From Raillietiella orientalis (Eukaryota), in assembly GCA_036172245.1 (NCBI GenBank), contig JAYWIR010000008.1, positions 1,488,001 to 1,552,000 of the forward strand: 64,000 nt of DNA. The letters run 5' to 3'. Shown piece after piece: positions 50,536 to 63,900 of this stretch (the stretch's first letter is position 1; every line of letters begins with the position of its first letter). The notes under the pieces were generated by a model. It saw only the letters and a list, made by a program, of their open reading frames with translations. It was not told the origin of the DNA and ran no database searches. The translations under genes were made by a program, and so were the position numbers.

Positions 50536-53134
50536 TCTCGTGTGCGCAGATCCGCATCACGTGGCCCCACGCCTGATGTAAAGAGCAGAGTGGAGGAGGC
50601 TTCCCAGAAAGGACGTGCCTGGCGATTTGCCTGCGGTAGGAATCTCTTGCCACAAAACATTCCTCGTGGCAGCGGATGACCGGGAGATGCGCCGTCGCTC
50701 CAAAAAGGAGGCTGGGTAATTCCGAAGGGTCGGTGACAAAAGGGCCCCGTTTCGGCGTTGAGGGCCGCGCCGTCTTCATCTCTTCCTGGATGGAGACGTT
50801 GGAACGGCACTGATCCATCTCCTTCAACGCCTTCCCGAGTCCTCCGTTTCCATGCCGACGCTCGGCTGTCAATCAAGAGAAAGAAAAATTCCTTTCTTTG
50901 CGTCTGAGACGCTCCTTTCATGCGGCTCGGGAGTCCCGCCCCCGACGATGTTTCGGCTTCGGTAGCTGCTGGAAAAACAAAAAAAAAAAAAAGCGAGGAG
51001 GAGGAGGAGGAGGGAGAGGAATTTGCTGTCCTCGGCTGTCGTGGCTTTTTCTGGCACCGACATCATCCCAGGCGTCCTCACTGATCACTGCCCTGCAGAG
51101 AGGCGAGGTCAGTGTGATGACCACTTTCGCTTTCCGGCTCCCCCCAGACGGGGAGGGGAAGAAGGGGGGGGGGAAGAGGAGATAGGGCCGGGGTTCGGAC
51201 GTGCCTGCCCCTGCCCGCACGCTGGTTCGTTTAACTCGATGCGCTCTCCACGTTTCATCACCGGCAGGATCTCCGCTTATCGCGGCTGCCCGATCAGCTT
51301 CCGGGGTCAGGAGAGACACCTGAAAAACCTTTTCTTTTCCACTCCAGCGGTTTCGCTTGCCTGGGGGCACGGACTCCCTCGCCGCCGCGGTCCGCGTCCG
51401 AGCCCGCGCCTCCTGGGTCTTGGAATCCCTCAGGCGAGCGCATGCACGAGTGCGCGTCTCCAACTCGGCCGTTGCACGGCGGCGCTCGTACCTTGGACGA
51501 CGCCTCGGAGAGCGCGCGCGTACGCCCTACTCCTCCAGGGTGAGAGCTCACGCTGCTTCCGGGCAACCAGGATCTCACTGCCAGAGCTCAAAATGGGACG
51601 CTGACTCTCGCCTGCCGAAGTTCCTGGATCACTGAATCCGCGTGTCGGCGGGAAGAGGGAGAGGTACGGAAGGGAAGACTTGCTGAAGTCTTTGCGGTAG
51701 TAGCCTGGGAGCGCGCCGAGAGAGCAGCAGCACCACGGACCCCGCAAGGTTACCCAAGGAGACGAGGTCGAGGAGTAGCGAGTGGACCACGTAATAACGT
51801 GAGGTGTTCTCCCGGGGTCAAGGAAGGAAAGTCGTCGTCAGAGGACATAAGTGGATCGTTTGGGAGGTTTCCGTGTCGGCAGTGAACCATTCGAAACAAC
51901 CCCTGCGCTCGCCGTCGGTTACCTTGGAGACGTGTAGGGGAAGGGGAGAATTCTTGAACATTATCTGCTAATCGTCCCGCCCGCAGATGCTGCCTGGCAT
52001 GGCTTTCTTCGGGAAGGAAAATGCGGTTCTGGAACTCCGGAGGAGTGGCGTCTACGACAGCAGAGGAGCGGAGGTTCCGAAACAGAGCGCCATGAATCCT
52101 GGGAGCGGGATGGAGGGGGGGAGGGGAAGAGCTCTCTCAGAGCCAAGCTAGGGACTTCTCATCGTAGGCTACGGAAAGGAGATGTCGTGGGTCCTACAGG
52201 AGTGAGTCTCGCCTTCTGGGAGGGAGAATGAAACGTTTCTGAAGGCTTGTCACACTGCTCCGGTACCCAGCTCCCAGAGCCCTGATTATGGAGTGACCTT
52301 TGGCAGGAGGACGGGAAGGAAACTTGCCCGGTCGTCGCCGGTTCACATGCGCTGCGGTGCGCTCCTCATTGGCTCGCTCGAACCGGAAGAAGCCCTTTCT
52401 ATCGCTGAAGTCCACCACCCTTCCTACCTTCGGACCCTAGGAACTCGACAGCGAGAGCTGGAGGGGGGGTAGGGCAGCCAGAGGCCGGAGGCACATCACC
52501 ACGGCCAAGTCGACTTTACAGCAGGAAGCGGACGCGGCACAGGACGCCCTCTTGAGCGAGAGGGAGCTCAAGAGGGCGCTTCCGTTCCGAGGCTGAGCAA
52601 GGTGTTATGTTGGTTTGTCCAGGTTCCGAAGCTTTTTTATTTTTTTTCCACCCCCTTCCCTCCCCTTCTCCTGCTTACACCATCCCTGCACCTTTTCTCC
52701 CCGTTTCCTCCTCGCCGCAGTCGCGGATCAGAAACCGATCTCCTCGACTCAGGCTCGTCCGGACGGTCGTCCCGACCACCAGCCAACCTGTGCCTCCCCC
52801 TCCGCCTGCACCCGTAGGTGAGAGAGTTGGCAGATGGAGGGTTGGCCGACTCATGCTGATGGCACGACCTCTGGCTGCTGCAAGAGCAGGGGTTCCCTCG
52901 AGTCATCCTGGAGGCTTTACGGAGAGCCGGCAGAGGCTTGCTCTACGGAGCTGCTGGTGGACAGTTCCTTCACTAGAGCCGGCCAGCCGAGAAAACCGGA
53001 GAACGCACCCGCCACCGCAAGGGTAGCTCCTCATTGGTGGAGGGACGACGGAGGAACGCAAGGGTCTTCTTGTCGGCTTGCGCTCGCATTTCCCTCCGCA
53101 GATTCATGGCGGCTTCCGGAATAGGAAACCTCTC

Positions 53135-53462
53135 CTGCACCCCAAAGAGATCAACGCGCTCCTTGGGGAGGCAAACAGAAGGGAGAAGAGGGGAAGGGGA
53201 GGGATGAAAAAACAAACAGGTCAAACGTCCCAAGCAGCATCCATAACAGGTCAGAAGCAGCAGCAGCAGTGCCGGAAAAGAAAGCACGGAAGCAAACGAC
53301 CTCTCAGCGGCAGCTCTGGTGGTGACTCTGGAAAGGAGAGAAGGAGGAGGTGGAAGCGGAGATCATCCCAGGATCCCACCGCTGGGGCAAGACGGAACCG
53401 ACTGCCATCGAGAAGAAACATCGATCACCTCCACCGCTGCCAGAAAAACCACGAGCTGGTCG
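53135..53462 (+). repeat. Dispersed diverged repeat, copy C
   Basis: Collinear blocks shared with 50105-50430: AGATCAACGC, TCAAACGTCCCAAGCAGCATCC, CGGAAGCAAA, GCAGCTCTGGTGGTG, GGGGCAAGACGGAACCGACTGC, CCACGAGCTGG. Confidence 0.85.
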
Positions 53463-56400
53463 CAGCTCCTGTGGGCATGGTCACGCGTCGCTCACTCCTG
53501 CAGAAGGATGAGGGAGGGGAAACAGAAAGGCAAGAGGGAGAGATGGTAGAGGAGGAGCAAAGGACGAGGAGAGGGCTTGAGTCAACTCTCTGCCTCACTT
53601 AGGCATGGTCCACTCATTCCTCGGGAACTTACCTCCCCAAACAATCAGTCCCCCAGGCTCCTCATGCATCGCAATTCGAGATCAAGAAAAGATTGTCCTC
53701 TCAGGACTAAGTCTCTCACTCAGGCTCCAGGGTGTCTGCTCTATTAGGGCGCAAGACGTCCTTTCTCGAGAATCCAACGAAGTTACTCTTTCCGGGGCAC
53801 TGACGTCACTCTCTCGAGGTCGCGGTCTCAGAAGCGAGGCTACTTAAGTGCCTCATGAATTCCCCTCTTCCGCATCCGCGAGACTAGACCTCATGGACCA
53901 GGAACGACCAGACTTTGAGCTGGTCCTCCCTGGATCCAATGGAAAATGCGAAGGAACGGTGGGTCACGAGCTGAAGCTTGCCTGGTCAGTTTCTCGATCT
54001 ACAAGATCGTGGAGTTCTGGAGCTGGTCATTCCAGAACCAGACGGAGGTTCTTTTTGACGGAGCGAGTTCCGTTTTTTCTCGGGAGACGCTGAGTCTGGT
54101 CCGAATTTCGCCTCTGCTTGGGAGGACAGCGACGTCCATCCTACCCGATGACTCGAGAGAGAAATCTTGCCCGATTAAAGGGAAGTCCCCTGATTTCCCT
54201 TTTTTTTTCATTGATTTTTCTCCCTATTCCCTGTCCCCGCTCGAAAAAGGGTAGGGGAGCAAAAGGGGAAGGGGCATGGGATGAGGCGGCTAGCTTCCTT
54301 CGCCCCCTTTTTTGTTTCGATGGCCGGGGCGCCATCGAAACGGAAAAAGAGGGACGAACGTCAGAGCGGAGGCCCTCTCTGAAGAGTCACTCCCTCCGGA
54401 ACCGTTTCCATGGTGACATCCACCAGAGAGGTGGTGTGCTTGCCTCCTCGAATCTGGCCGTCAGGAGAGGCTCGCCGTCCTCCGTGGACGAGAGCTCTGT
54501 GCGGAGGCTTTCCACTAGGAAACCGATACCCGTGGAAGGATGAGATCCATGGAGTTCATAGAAAAGGGTAAGGTTATGGCTGCCACTGAACGGACGCCGA
54601 AAACTGGGATCGGCATCTCCTGCTTGCAGAGGGGCAGCATCGCCTTGCGAGACGGTCAAGCAGGGAGAGGGCGGAGGAAAAAGGAAGGGTTTGTGGCGCG
54701 CTTGACTCGTTGGCGCTCGGTTGACGAGTGTCCCGCATCGACGGCGCGAGCAGCTTCGAGACCCCCTCCCCCACCGCCCTCGTGAGGAGCTGGCGTCTCG
54801 GTCATGGAGCGGTCGCGGCTGCTGCGGAAGCCGGGAGCGCGCGCGCGCGAGGGTATTCAACCGCAGCGGCTGGGGGCAGCGGCGGTGGGCGTTTGTAGTC
54901 TCGGCGCGCCGGCGGGACCCTACCGATAGAGGACACAGAAAGATAAGGAGGAGGAGGATGGACGTAATCGCGGTCCATTAGCGGCGTCTCTCTCGTCCGT
55001 CCTTCCCGTGCGACCCGCCGCCGCGGACCCCTCCAAGGTCGGGAACGTGCCAATGCCGGTGTGCGAAAAGGAAGAGAAGGGGAGCAGCGAAGGAAGGAAA
55101 AGGAGGGGGAAAAACAAAGGGTCGACAGGGGAGCTGCGGTCCGTCCGGAAGCTGCGGCTTCCCTTGAAGCACGAGGAAGTCTCTGGAGCCAGGGGCGTTG
55201 TCGTCTGGGAGAAGAAAAAGAGGCAGAAAAGAGGGAAGACTGAGGGGGCTGAGAAGGAACAACGTACGTCAGCCGGGGTTTGGGACAGTCGCCTTCCAGG
55301 GGCGCACTCGCGCGGCGACTCAGAGGAAGTGGAAGGGACAGAGTCCACGGGTGGCCATCGGCAAAGGGAAAGAAAGGCGGAGAGGAAAGTGCGAAAGAAC
55401 GTCCTTGACCCGGAAATTCATGGGTGACCGACGCCACATGCCATGCAGAAGTGGCTCCTTCGTCCCTTGAATTCACGCGCGGCTTTGGCTTCTCATTGGG
55501 ATGCCGTGGAGCCACTCAGACCCACAGCAGGAGGAGCAGGAGGTTCCACTCGTTGGCACGAAGAGGCGCCGGAGCGCCTATCCAACAGCCTATTCATCCT
55601 TTGCCACCAACCAGGAGCACGCGTGGTTTCCTTCTGAGGGTCACCATCTGCTCGCCGCTCTGAGGAGGCAGCGACGAGATGCTCGAGAGGACACCTTGCA
55701 GGATCCCTCCTCGCCGGCAGGAAGGTTTTTCTCCTCATAGCGGTGGATCGTTGCTCCTCTTCCTCCAGGACTCACGGACGCTGCTGTTTCCGGAAGATCC
55801 CGCTTGCGCAAGGCAACGCGCCTTATCGCTCCCGGAAGCGGATGCTTCAGATGGCACGGAGACGATAAGTGGGCTTCCTCTAGGGTGCGTGCTTCCTGCT
55901 AGCGCGCGCTCGAAAGAGGGAGAGGAAGGGGAGGGAGGAAGGGAAGTTGGGGACACGTTGTTAAGGGAGACCAGGGAACCGGAGGCAATGCGCTAGCGAG
56001 CCGGACCCAGGACGCACGCTCAGGACAAACCGGGTGCTGCAGGTGGAGACCGCGGCAGCTGGCAGCCCCCTGCAATTCTCCGGCTCAACCTCCTGACGTC
56101 CGCGTCCCATCGCCACCGACTCGGAAGGCGCTTCTCGCACTCCATGCCGAGGCTATAGCCAGAACGCTGCTTCGGCACCTACTGACCCGCTGGGGAGGCG
56201 GCAACCTGGGCCGAGAGCCGCTTCTGGAAACACCTCCTTCCCGCCGGTGTGCCCGACACGCGGGGCACCGTGGGGCTATGCACACTCCATGGGAGGACGT
56301 TGGCGTGGGACTCCCCTCCTTTTGCCAGAGTCCCCGGCATCCCTACGGTGACGCGCAGGCTCTTGTGTGAGCGCCGTCAGCGCGCGCCAGAGCCGTTGCT

Positions 56401-56511
56401 TCCCGTGCCGGTTCCGCCCCTTCCGCGTCGCTCGCTCCGCGCCACCCCGGTAGCAAACCCTCAGCTCCCAAGGACGCCCGCGCACAGCTCTCCATCCTCC
56501 TCACGTCCTTG

Positions 56512-57155
56512 AAGCACGCATGTGCTCTTGCGCGCACAGACACTCGAACACGCACGTGTGCGTGTGCACACTTGCGTCCGCGTGCTTCGTGCACAGGCAT
56601 ACGCTCATGTGGGTGTGCGTATTATTTGTGTGCGTACATGTGCTCATGAGCACACGTGGGCGCAGATGTGCACGTGCGCGGGCAGATGTTTCTGCTCAGT
56701 GCTCGCGCGTACTTGCATGTGTAGTGTGCGTACACACATATGTCTGTGGAGGTGCACATGTATATATGTGCGGTTATGTGTATGTGCATATGCGTGCTAT
56801 AGACATATACATACACATCCGTACTACGTGCACCTGCCCACACGTAAATGTTTGCCCCTCGCGGGATTCGTACACACGCATGTGTGAATATGCACGACAC
56901 ACCTGTGTGTGTATTTCCGCAGTGTGCATGTGATGTGACTGTGCGCGGGCACACGCACATGCGCGGGCAAGTGTTTCTGTTCCGTGCTCGCGCCGTACGT
57001 GCATGCGTAGTGTACGTGCACACACGTATGTGGATGCTTAGCTGTGCAGATTCAAGTGGGTGAGTGGGTGTATGTAGCACGCACATGTAACATGTGCGTG
57101 TGGATGCGCACCGTAAACAGCGCACGCGTGTGGGATTGCGCAAGCGCACACATTT
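56512..57155. repeat. Alternating purine-pyrimidine (TG/CA/CG/TA) low-complexity tract with an internal ~75-bp duplication
   Basis: About 650 bp dominated by RY alternation. 56670-56743 (GCACGTGCGCGGGCAGATGTTTCTGCTCAGTGCTCGCGCGTACTTGCATGTGTAGTGTGCGTACACACATATGT) recurs, diverged, at 56955-57031. Confidence 0.9.
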
Positions 57156-60100
57156 GCTCAGTATTTCGAAGCTGAAGGCGCGAATCCCAAACGCTGGGAA
57201 GGGGCATCCTGTGGTTTGTCCCCTCTTTGCTGCGTGGCACCCGTCTTCGATGCGTTCTTCCCCGCCGAGTGGTCCAGATCTGCACCTCTGGCTCCCACTT
57301 TTCCGCCTCACCCTGGAGCGCCCAAACTGCGCACGGATACCCGCATGTGGGGACGCCCGCTTTTCCGTCCATCGGAGGTCTGGATTGAGCGCGTGCGCGA
57401 GAGGGTGAGAAGGCCGTCGCTGCTCGTGCGTCCGGGAAGCTGCAAGGAGCCTCCACCGAAATCAGATTTTCTGCCTGCAGAAAGGCCGCCGTCCCCTTCT
57501 GCCGGTCTGCGTTCCTTCATGGCGCTCTCCTCCACGTGTCTCGCCTCTCCCCCTTTTCCTCCAGGCTGCCTCCTAGCGGTGCTTCACGCCAGTTTCGCCT
57601 CCGGGTAAACCCCTAAGGGCCTTCTTCGGTCGGGCTCTGCGAAGCTTTCTAAGGCTGACAGGCAACTCCGCACCTCTTGGCGGCGGCGGCTGACAGATCC
57701 TGCTCACTTCGGAAACCGGAAAGGGTAAGATCCAGCCCCTATCCAACCTCCTCTGCACCTGAGCTTCCCAATCAGGGGAGCCAGGGTCCCCTGTCCCCTT
57801 CCCGCCCCCTTATCATATCGGAGAGACACACTTGCACTGCCAAGCTCCCGTGGGATTTGGCTCCTTCGTCCCCTGGAGGAGCATCAGGGGAAAAAAGAAG
57901 GGCAATGGGTCGCGCCGCAAACGGGGAGCTGCGGCAGATTTCTAGAGGAAGGAGAGAAAGGGAACGCGAGCCACGGCAGTTGGGGGTAAAGGAAAGATGG
58001 CGACTTCCCCTCCCTCGTCCTGCCTCACTTCCTCCGGCGGGCGAGGGAGGAAGTGTTCCGCCGTCTTCGGAGAAGGGGGGGGGGGGAGGAAGGCGATAGC
58101 CGCGTCAAGCAGTTCGTCCGCGAGGGCAATCTCCCCCCGTCGACGACCTGCTGACCGGCTCGCACGCGTTCCTCCCCCTCTTCCCCCCCGCTCGCGTGCG
58201 CGCGCAGTTCTTGGCGCACGGGTGTGATCCCCTAGGAAAGACCGCTTTTTCCTCAGAGAGAGAAGGTAGGAGGAGATGGAGAAAGAAATGCGGGCGCGAA
58301 CGCCTCCCGCCAGGTCGGTGGGAGGATATGGTGACCACGACCTCGTCCTCTGCACTCTCCCACTGGGGAAGAAGGGAAGAAAATATTTGATTGGTAAACA
58401 ATGGAGGGGAGTGGACGACAGACGGGGAGGAGAGGGAATTGAGGGAGGGAGGGGAGGAGGGGGTGTTGCGTTCAAGAACCTGCGATCGAAGTGGGCAGGG
58501 TGAGCACTGGCGGTGCGAAGCTCCTGGGACATCCGCGCGCTGACAGATCCCAGCGATGCGATGATGGATGCATTCCCCTTAATTTCCGCGATCCGTCTCT
58601 TGGCAACTGCGTTGTTGTGACTTGGAGGGGTGTGCTGCGGGTGGGGAAGCGCAAGCGAGTCGCATGCCGGGCATCCTTGCCCCACCCCGGTGCCGAAGAA
58701 CAGCCCGAAGGATGAGAGGGAGGGGGAGGAAAAGGAGATGATGATGAGGAGGAGAGGAGCAAAGAGAAAGTACCGATGGTGCTGTAATGGTTGTTCCTTC
58801 CGAGGAAGCATGCCACGACGGAAAGAGGAGACGGAAAGGGAAGGGAGAGCGTGCGAATCCCCTGCGATCCTGGTGCAGGGAGAGAACGTCTCCCGGATGT
58901 TGCCGGACGCTGCGAAGACTTGAGTGCCCGAGGTCAGCTGGGATGGCTGCCCTCCGAGTGGCCTCCTCCTCCCGCCCACGAGCGCTGATCCCAGTTCCTT
59001 CCCAGCTGCCCCTATGGCATCGCCTCACGCCCTTGTCCAGTGCGTTCTCAAAACACGGGGAAGTCGCCCCTAATGAAGGAAAGGTTCCTTTGCAACTTGG
59101 ATAGGAGGGAGGGAGAATTCCTGAAGGAGGAACGCGTCACTCAGTTCTTGATGGCGAGCGCAGCCAGGAGCTGTTCCGGGAATCCTTATCCTTCGATGGT
59201 CTGAAGGGATCCTGACGCTCGCTTGGGATTCGCTCTCCTTGCATTGCCCAGGAGTTTACCAGAGGCACTGGGAAGAATTTCATGTCACTAGGATTAAGTG
59301 GTCCCGGCTAATATTCATTCTTCTCCTCCTACTCCTGGTCTCCCTACGGGGTGTCGCCTCGTCTCAGGAGAGTCCACAGGGTGAACCTCCGTAAGCCTCC
59401 GGCAGCCCTGAACGATCCTAAGATTTCCTTCTCCTTCCTCAGCAAGGACGTAGTCCCAGCTTTCTAGCCCATCCCTTCCTGCTACGAGGATGTGAGCTCT
59501 CTTGGGAGAGCACGAAAAAGTCCTCTATCTATCACCTTCTTTCTTTACTTGTATCCCTTAGGTTGTTCTGGGGAGTTCCCTTGCATGACCTGGGCACCAA
59601 ACGCTCCAGTCTGCGCCCCATGTCTTTCCTTCTTCGTTGTCCTGTTCCACTCGCTCTACAACCCACTGTCCTCCCCCTCCTTTCTCCGGAGATGCCCCGG
59701 CTGCAGAACACCGACCTTCCAGCCCGCTCTTCCTCCCTGGTAGAGTTCGGTCCCGGATCCTCCCTTGTACCATGAGTGCACGTCCCCACCCACCTTTTCC
59801 TTCGTCTGCATTCTCCAGAGACTGCGCGTCCCAGGTTCCTGGTGCTTCCTCGCAGAGGACGGAGTAAGGAGAAGGGAAAATTCTCCTGGGATTGCCGAGC
59901 AGCACCTAGGTGGCGAAGAGCAGATCGATGGAGGAAGAGGAAGAAGAGGGATGGAGAGTGGATAAGAATGGAGAAACGGCTCTGGCGAACGCGTTACGCT
60001 CCTTCTCGGGTCGGCAGGCCGCAGGAGCGTGCTACCTCCTCCGGGCACGTTGCCAGGCGCACCCACAACCTGCGCCAAACGAATAAACAAAAGGGGAATC

Positions 60101-60912
60101 TTCGGGCGGGAAGCTGTAAACACGGGATTGGCACCGCCCTTTTGGGATCCTCCCCCCTCCCCCCCGCATTACAGAGGCAAAAGAAGGGGCAGTGGCGGCG
60201 GTGTGTGAGAGCCACCCATCCAGCCGGTCACTCAAACCCTTTGACCCTGACAGGGTGAGCCGGCGTTGGGCCGATCCCGCTAATTGTTTTCTGCATTCCT
60301 ACCCGCCCGTGAGTTCGCGCGCAGAACATTCCTTTGCGCACTACGCGCGGTGCCCGCACGCGCGCGCGTCTTCCGGGCCTTCCAGATGGACTCAGGCACG
60401 GGAAGCAAAGTTTTTCCTGGCTCTCGGACGGTTGGTTCCTGGATCACTCCCGCCGATTTCCTGATTCCTTCCGCATCCGGTCGTCCGACGCACGGTCCAG
60501 GGAGGGGAGATGCGCCCTCCCTCCGCGTAAAGTCCTTTCCCCCTCCACTTGGGTCTGCCGCGGGCAACCCCGTTTCCTTGGTCGCGTTGGGACACGTGCC
60601 TCGACTACCGTGAAATCCCGAAACGCGCCCTCTCTCTCTCCCCTTCACCCCGGGGTCGTTCCTGGCCTCCCGCTGGAGACTGGAGTAACTGCACAAGCAG
60701 CAGCGGTCCCACGGCATCCCACACGTTCTCGTGCAGCTACGAAAGCCGTCCGTGACCCCCAGATCCGCGTGTCCTCGAATCTTCGACCCGTGGTCGCAGG
60801 GGCAACTCGAGCAAGAACTCGGCATACCGAAGGTCCGGCAGTCGGACAAAAAGGCGGAAGGGCTTCCTGCATCTCGGCCAGGAACTTTGAGGACTCCGTG
60901 GACTTTTCCAGT

Positions 60913-60938
60913 TGCTGCTGCTGCTGCTGCTGCTGCTG
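60913..60938. repeat. (TGC/CAG)~9 trinucleotide repeat
   Basis: Read directly from the sequence. There is no evidence that it lies in a real polyQ or polyA CDS. Confidence 0.95.
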
Positions 60939-63900
60939 TTGAGCTCCTTCTTGCTGCGTGGGAGTCGGACACATGGAGTCCCAGCCTGTCTCATCCAATC
61001 TTCTTCCCTCCTTCCCCTCGCATTTTCCAGCCACGTGACCCAGTCTTGCTGCTGCACCGCTCCCTTCCTCCGGAGCGTCTCCGTAATTGAATCTCAGCGA
61101 GGAGGAACCGGCCGCCGCATTCCTCGCGGAGGTCAGGATCTCCGGGATTCCCCTGGGTCACATCTGTTCCCGTGCAGGTCGGGAGAGAGGGAGCTGGAGA
61201 CTTATTGGTGAGTCCCAATTCGATCTGGAGGGATTCCCTTCCGCCCGACACCGCGCTGCTGATCTCCGCTTTCAGGAGGGGTCCATCAGGTAAAACCCCG
61301 CGGAGGAGGAAGAGCAAAGGGGGGACGGCGCCCCAGCACTTCGTGAGCTGCGCAATGCTGCAGCTCAGGCACCTCCGAAGTGGGGATGACGTTCTTCGCA
61401 AGCGTTCCCCTGAGCTTCGTCAAGAAGCAGGGAGGCTGGAAAAGGAGGAGAAATCAGAAGTGGCCGTTTCCAAGGACATCAGAGTAAAGTCTGGCTGACC
61501 CTCATTGGTTTTCCAGAGGTTGGAGGGCCAGCGGGTGGTCGACGACTCGCCTACCGGAAAGTCAAAGTTCCTCGCCCGGAGGGAAACCGCTTGATCCTGC
61601 CGGCAGCTCCAAGACGATCCGGGCAGCTGCCTCTTCGGGGAAACTGCAGGGACAACCAGGAGTGGAAGCGGAGACAGTTCCGGTGGCGAAGGCTCTTCGC
61701 TACGCACGGAACGGAGTTTCGACGAAGGAGAACGGGAAGTTAGTAAGAAAGGAAGAGAATTAGTCTCCAGGGAAACGAAGCGAAGAAGGAATGCGGGAGA
61801 GGGAAGGTAAAGTTGGTCTTGGAGGCAGATGCCAGCCGCTGTCCTGAGGGAGGATCGGCCCACAGGTAAGCAACGGTCTCGGCAAGAAGGGACTCCTGAA
61901 CGGTTTCCCTGGATCGGCCCAACGGGAGTACGCGGACCCGGGACAGGAAGATGCTCAGGCGGAGACACTGACCACTCGACGGCGATGGGAGGACGACAGG
62001 GGAGGAATGCGATGAGGAAGGGGATAGAGCCGCCGCGGCGACGAGGGTGCGCTGAGAGACGGCTCCGATGACTGTTCAATAGGAGATCCTCGGGCCCGCC
62101 AGCTCCTGAAGAGCACGAGTTCCTCCCGAAGCAGCTCACGGATCAGTCTGAATTCCCACTTCAGAATCTCCCTCTGAGACCTCCCCCTTGGGCTGGTTGA
62201 TGGAAAGTTCACCCAGCCCCTGCAGTAATGGAGGATTTTCAGGACACCGAGAATCCAGGGGTGTCCGGAGGGAAGGAAGGGGGGGGAGGCGGTTCGGCCA
62301 GGGGACGAAAAAGGGGCGGGACTGTTTCTCCGGGAGAGACAAACAAAGGTGGAGAACCCACCATCCCAGAAGACTTGCCCCAGTCTTTCGGGTGAACCAG
62401 ATCGCGGGATGCTGCACCCAAGAGGAGTGGGATTTCCCGGGTCGCTTCCTTGATCCGTGGAAGCGGCGTCTCCTACGGATCTCGCAGCCCGCGAAATTGT
62501 GCCTCCGACCTCCCACGGGACCAGCCGTTCTCTTCAGTTCCTTCATGTTCCGTCGGCCCCTCTCGGCTTCCCCCAAGCTCTTTCGGCTATTCTTTTCGCT
62601 CCATTTGTCCTTTCGTCATGGCCTTCGTCTCTACTCCAGCGTGTTCCTGCTGATTCGAAACGCATGGGTGGGTGGAGGGGGAGGAAAAGAGGACGCCGAA
62701 GAAGGAAGCCTTGGGATCCAACGCCACGAATGGGAGGGGGGAAGGAGAGAAAAGAAGCAGCTGGAAAGGAGGGGAAAGAAGAAGAGCTGTGGATAACGAT
62801 GAGAAGGAGGGGATGGGGAGAAAGTCGAGCGGCAGTAGGAAGGAGGAGAGGGGGAGCATCTCTCACCCAACATCCTGGGGAGGAACGCTGCTCGCAAGAA
62901 CGCGCGCAGCGTTCCTCCCCAGGAAGTCCTTCCGAGACGCTCCATCCCTTTCCCTAACATCCAGTCCGGGCAGTGGCCTATCCGCCCTTGGCGGACGCCG
63001 TGGCGGAACAAGAAAGCCGGAAAGCGGCCGTGCCAAGCAGTATCGGGTGCGGGAATGTAGCCCGCCGGCCAAGTATGAGGGGCTTTTTACCGCTACCAGA
63101 AAGGGGTGTTGCGCGAGTCTTCCGGGTCTTCTGGGCCCTTCCTTCCGGTGGAGAAGAAGAACGGGGTCGCACTCTCTGGATATGGGAAGTTCCTCGTAGG
63201 TCCTCAACCTCTTTCGGAGAGAGGAAGGGGGTTTGACAAGGGTGGGAATCCTTCGTCGGATGGTCCCTCAAAACGCGGAGGCATCCGGCCTGCTCCTTGA
63301 AGGGATGAAGGGGGGGGGGGGGTTTCGGCACCTCTGCACGGAGGAAACCAGCGCCATGTGCGGATGTAATGTGGCGAGGCTAGGGAGGGACCTCAAGAGC
63401 CGACCTCCACGCTCCCTCGCCGTTCCCTGCGGCAGAGGAAACGAGTTGCTAGGCAACGCAACGATGCTCCTGCTTCCGGTGAAGGCATCCGAGATCGAGA
63501 GCGCGCGAACGCAATCACGAATCCGCAACACCTCACTCCCGGATCTGGGCTGCATCGAATGGGAGACACTGCGGGGACACAAATGATCTCTCGAGAGATG
63601 TTTGATGATTCGAAATGGACCAGACGAATCATATCGACGAGGAAGAGGGATAGAGAAAGATGAACGATCCGGGTGCACCCGGGTGACTGTCCTGATGCCC
63701 GCCCGTCAACTTTTCCTCAGTTCCTGCTGCAGAGTATTCCTGCTGGCGATTGGGTCGGAATGGTTCAGCATCCTCCCACGTTCATTTCACTCTTGAAGAA
63801 GAGCTTCCCATGTAAAGTGAAACCTCCGAGCATCCCACAGCGGACCCATTTTGACGGTGCATCTCTGCTTTTCTTGCGCGTCCTTCGTCTGTTGCAGGCG

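Noticed and set aside
54010..54045. WSWSFQNQ, resembling the homeodomain WFQNRR
   Set aside because: The motif is imperfect and no other homeodomain helix residues are present.
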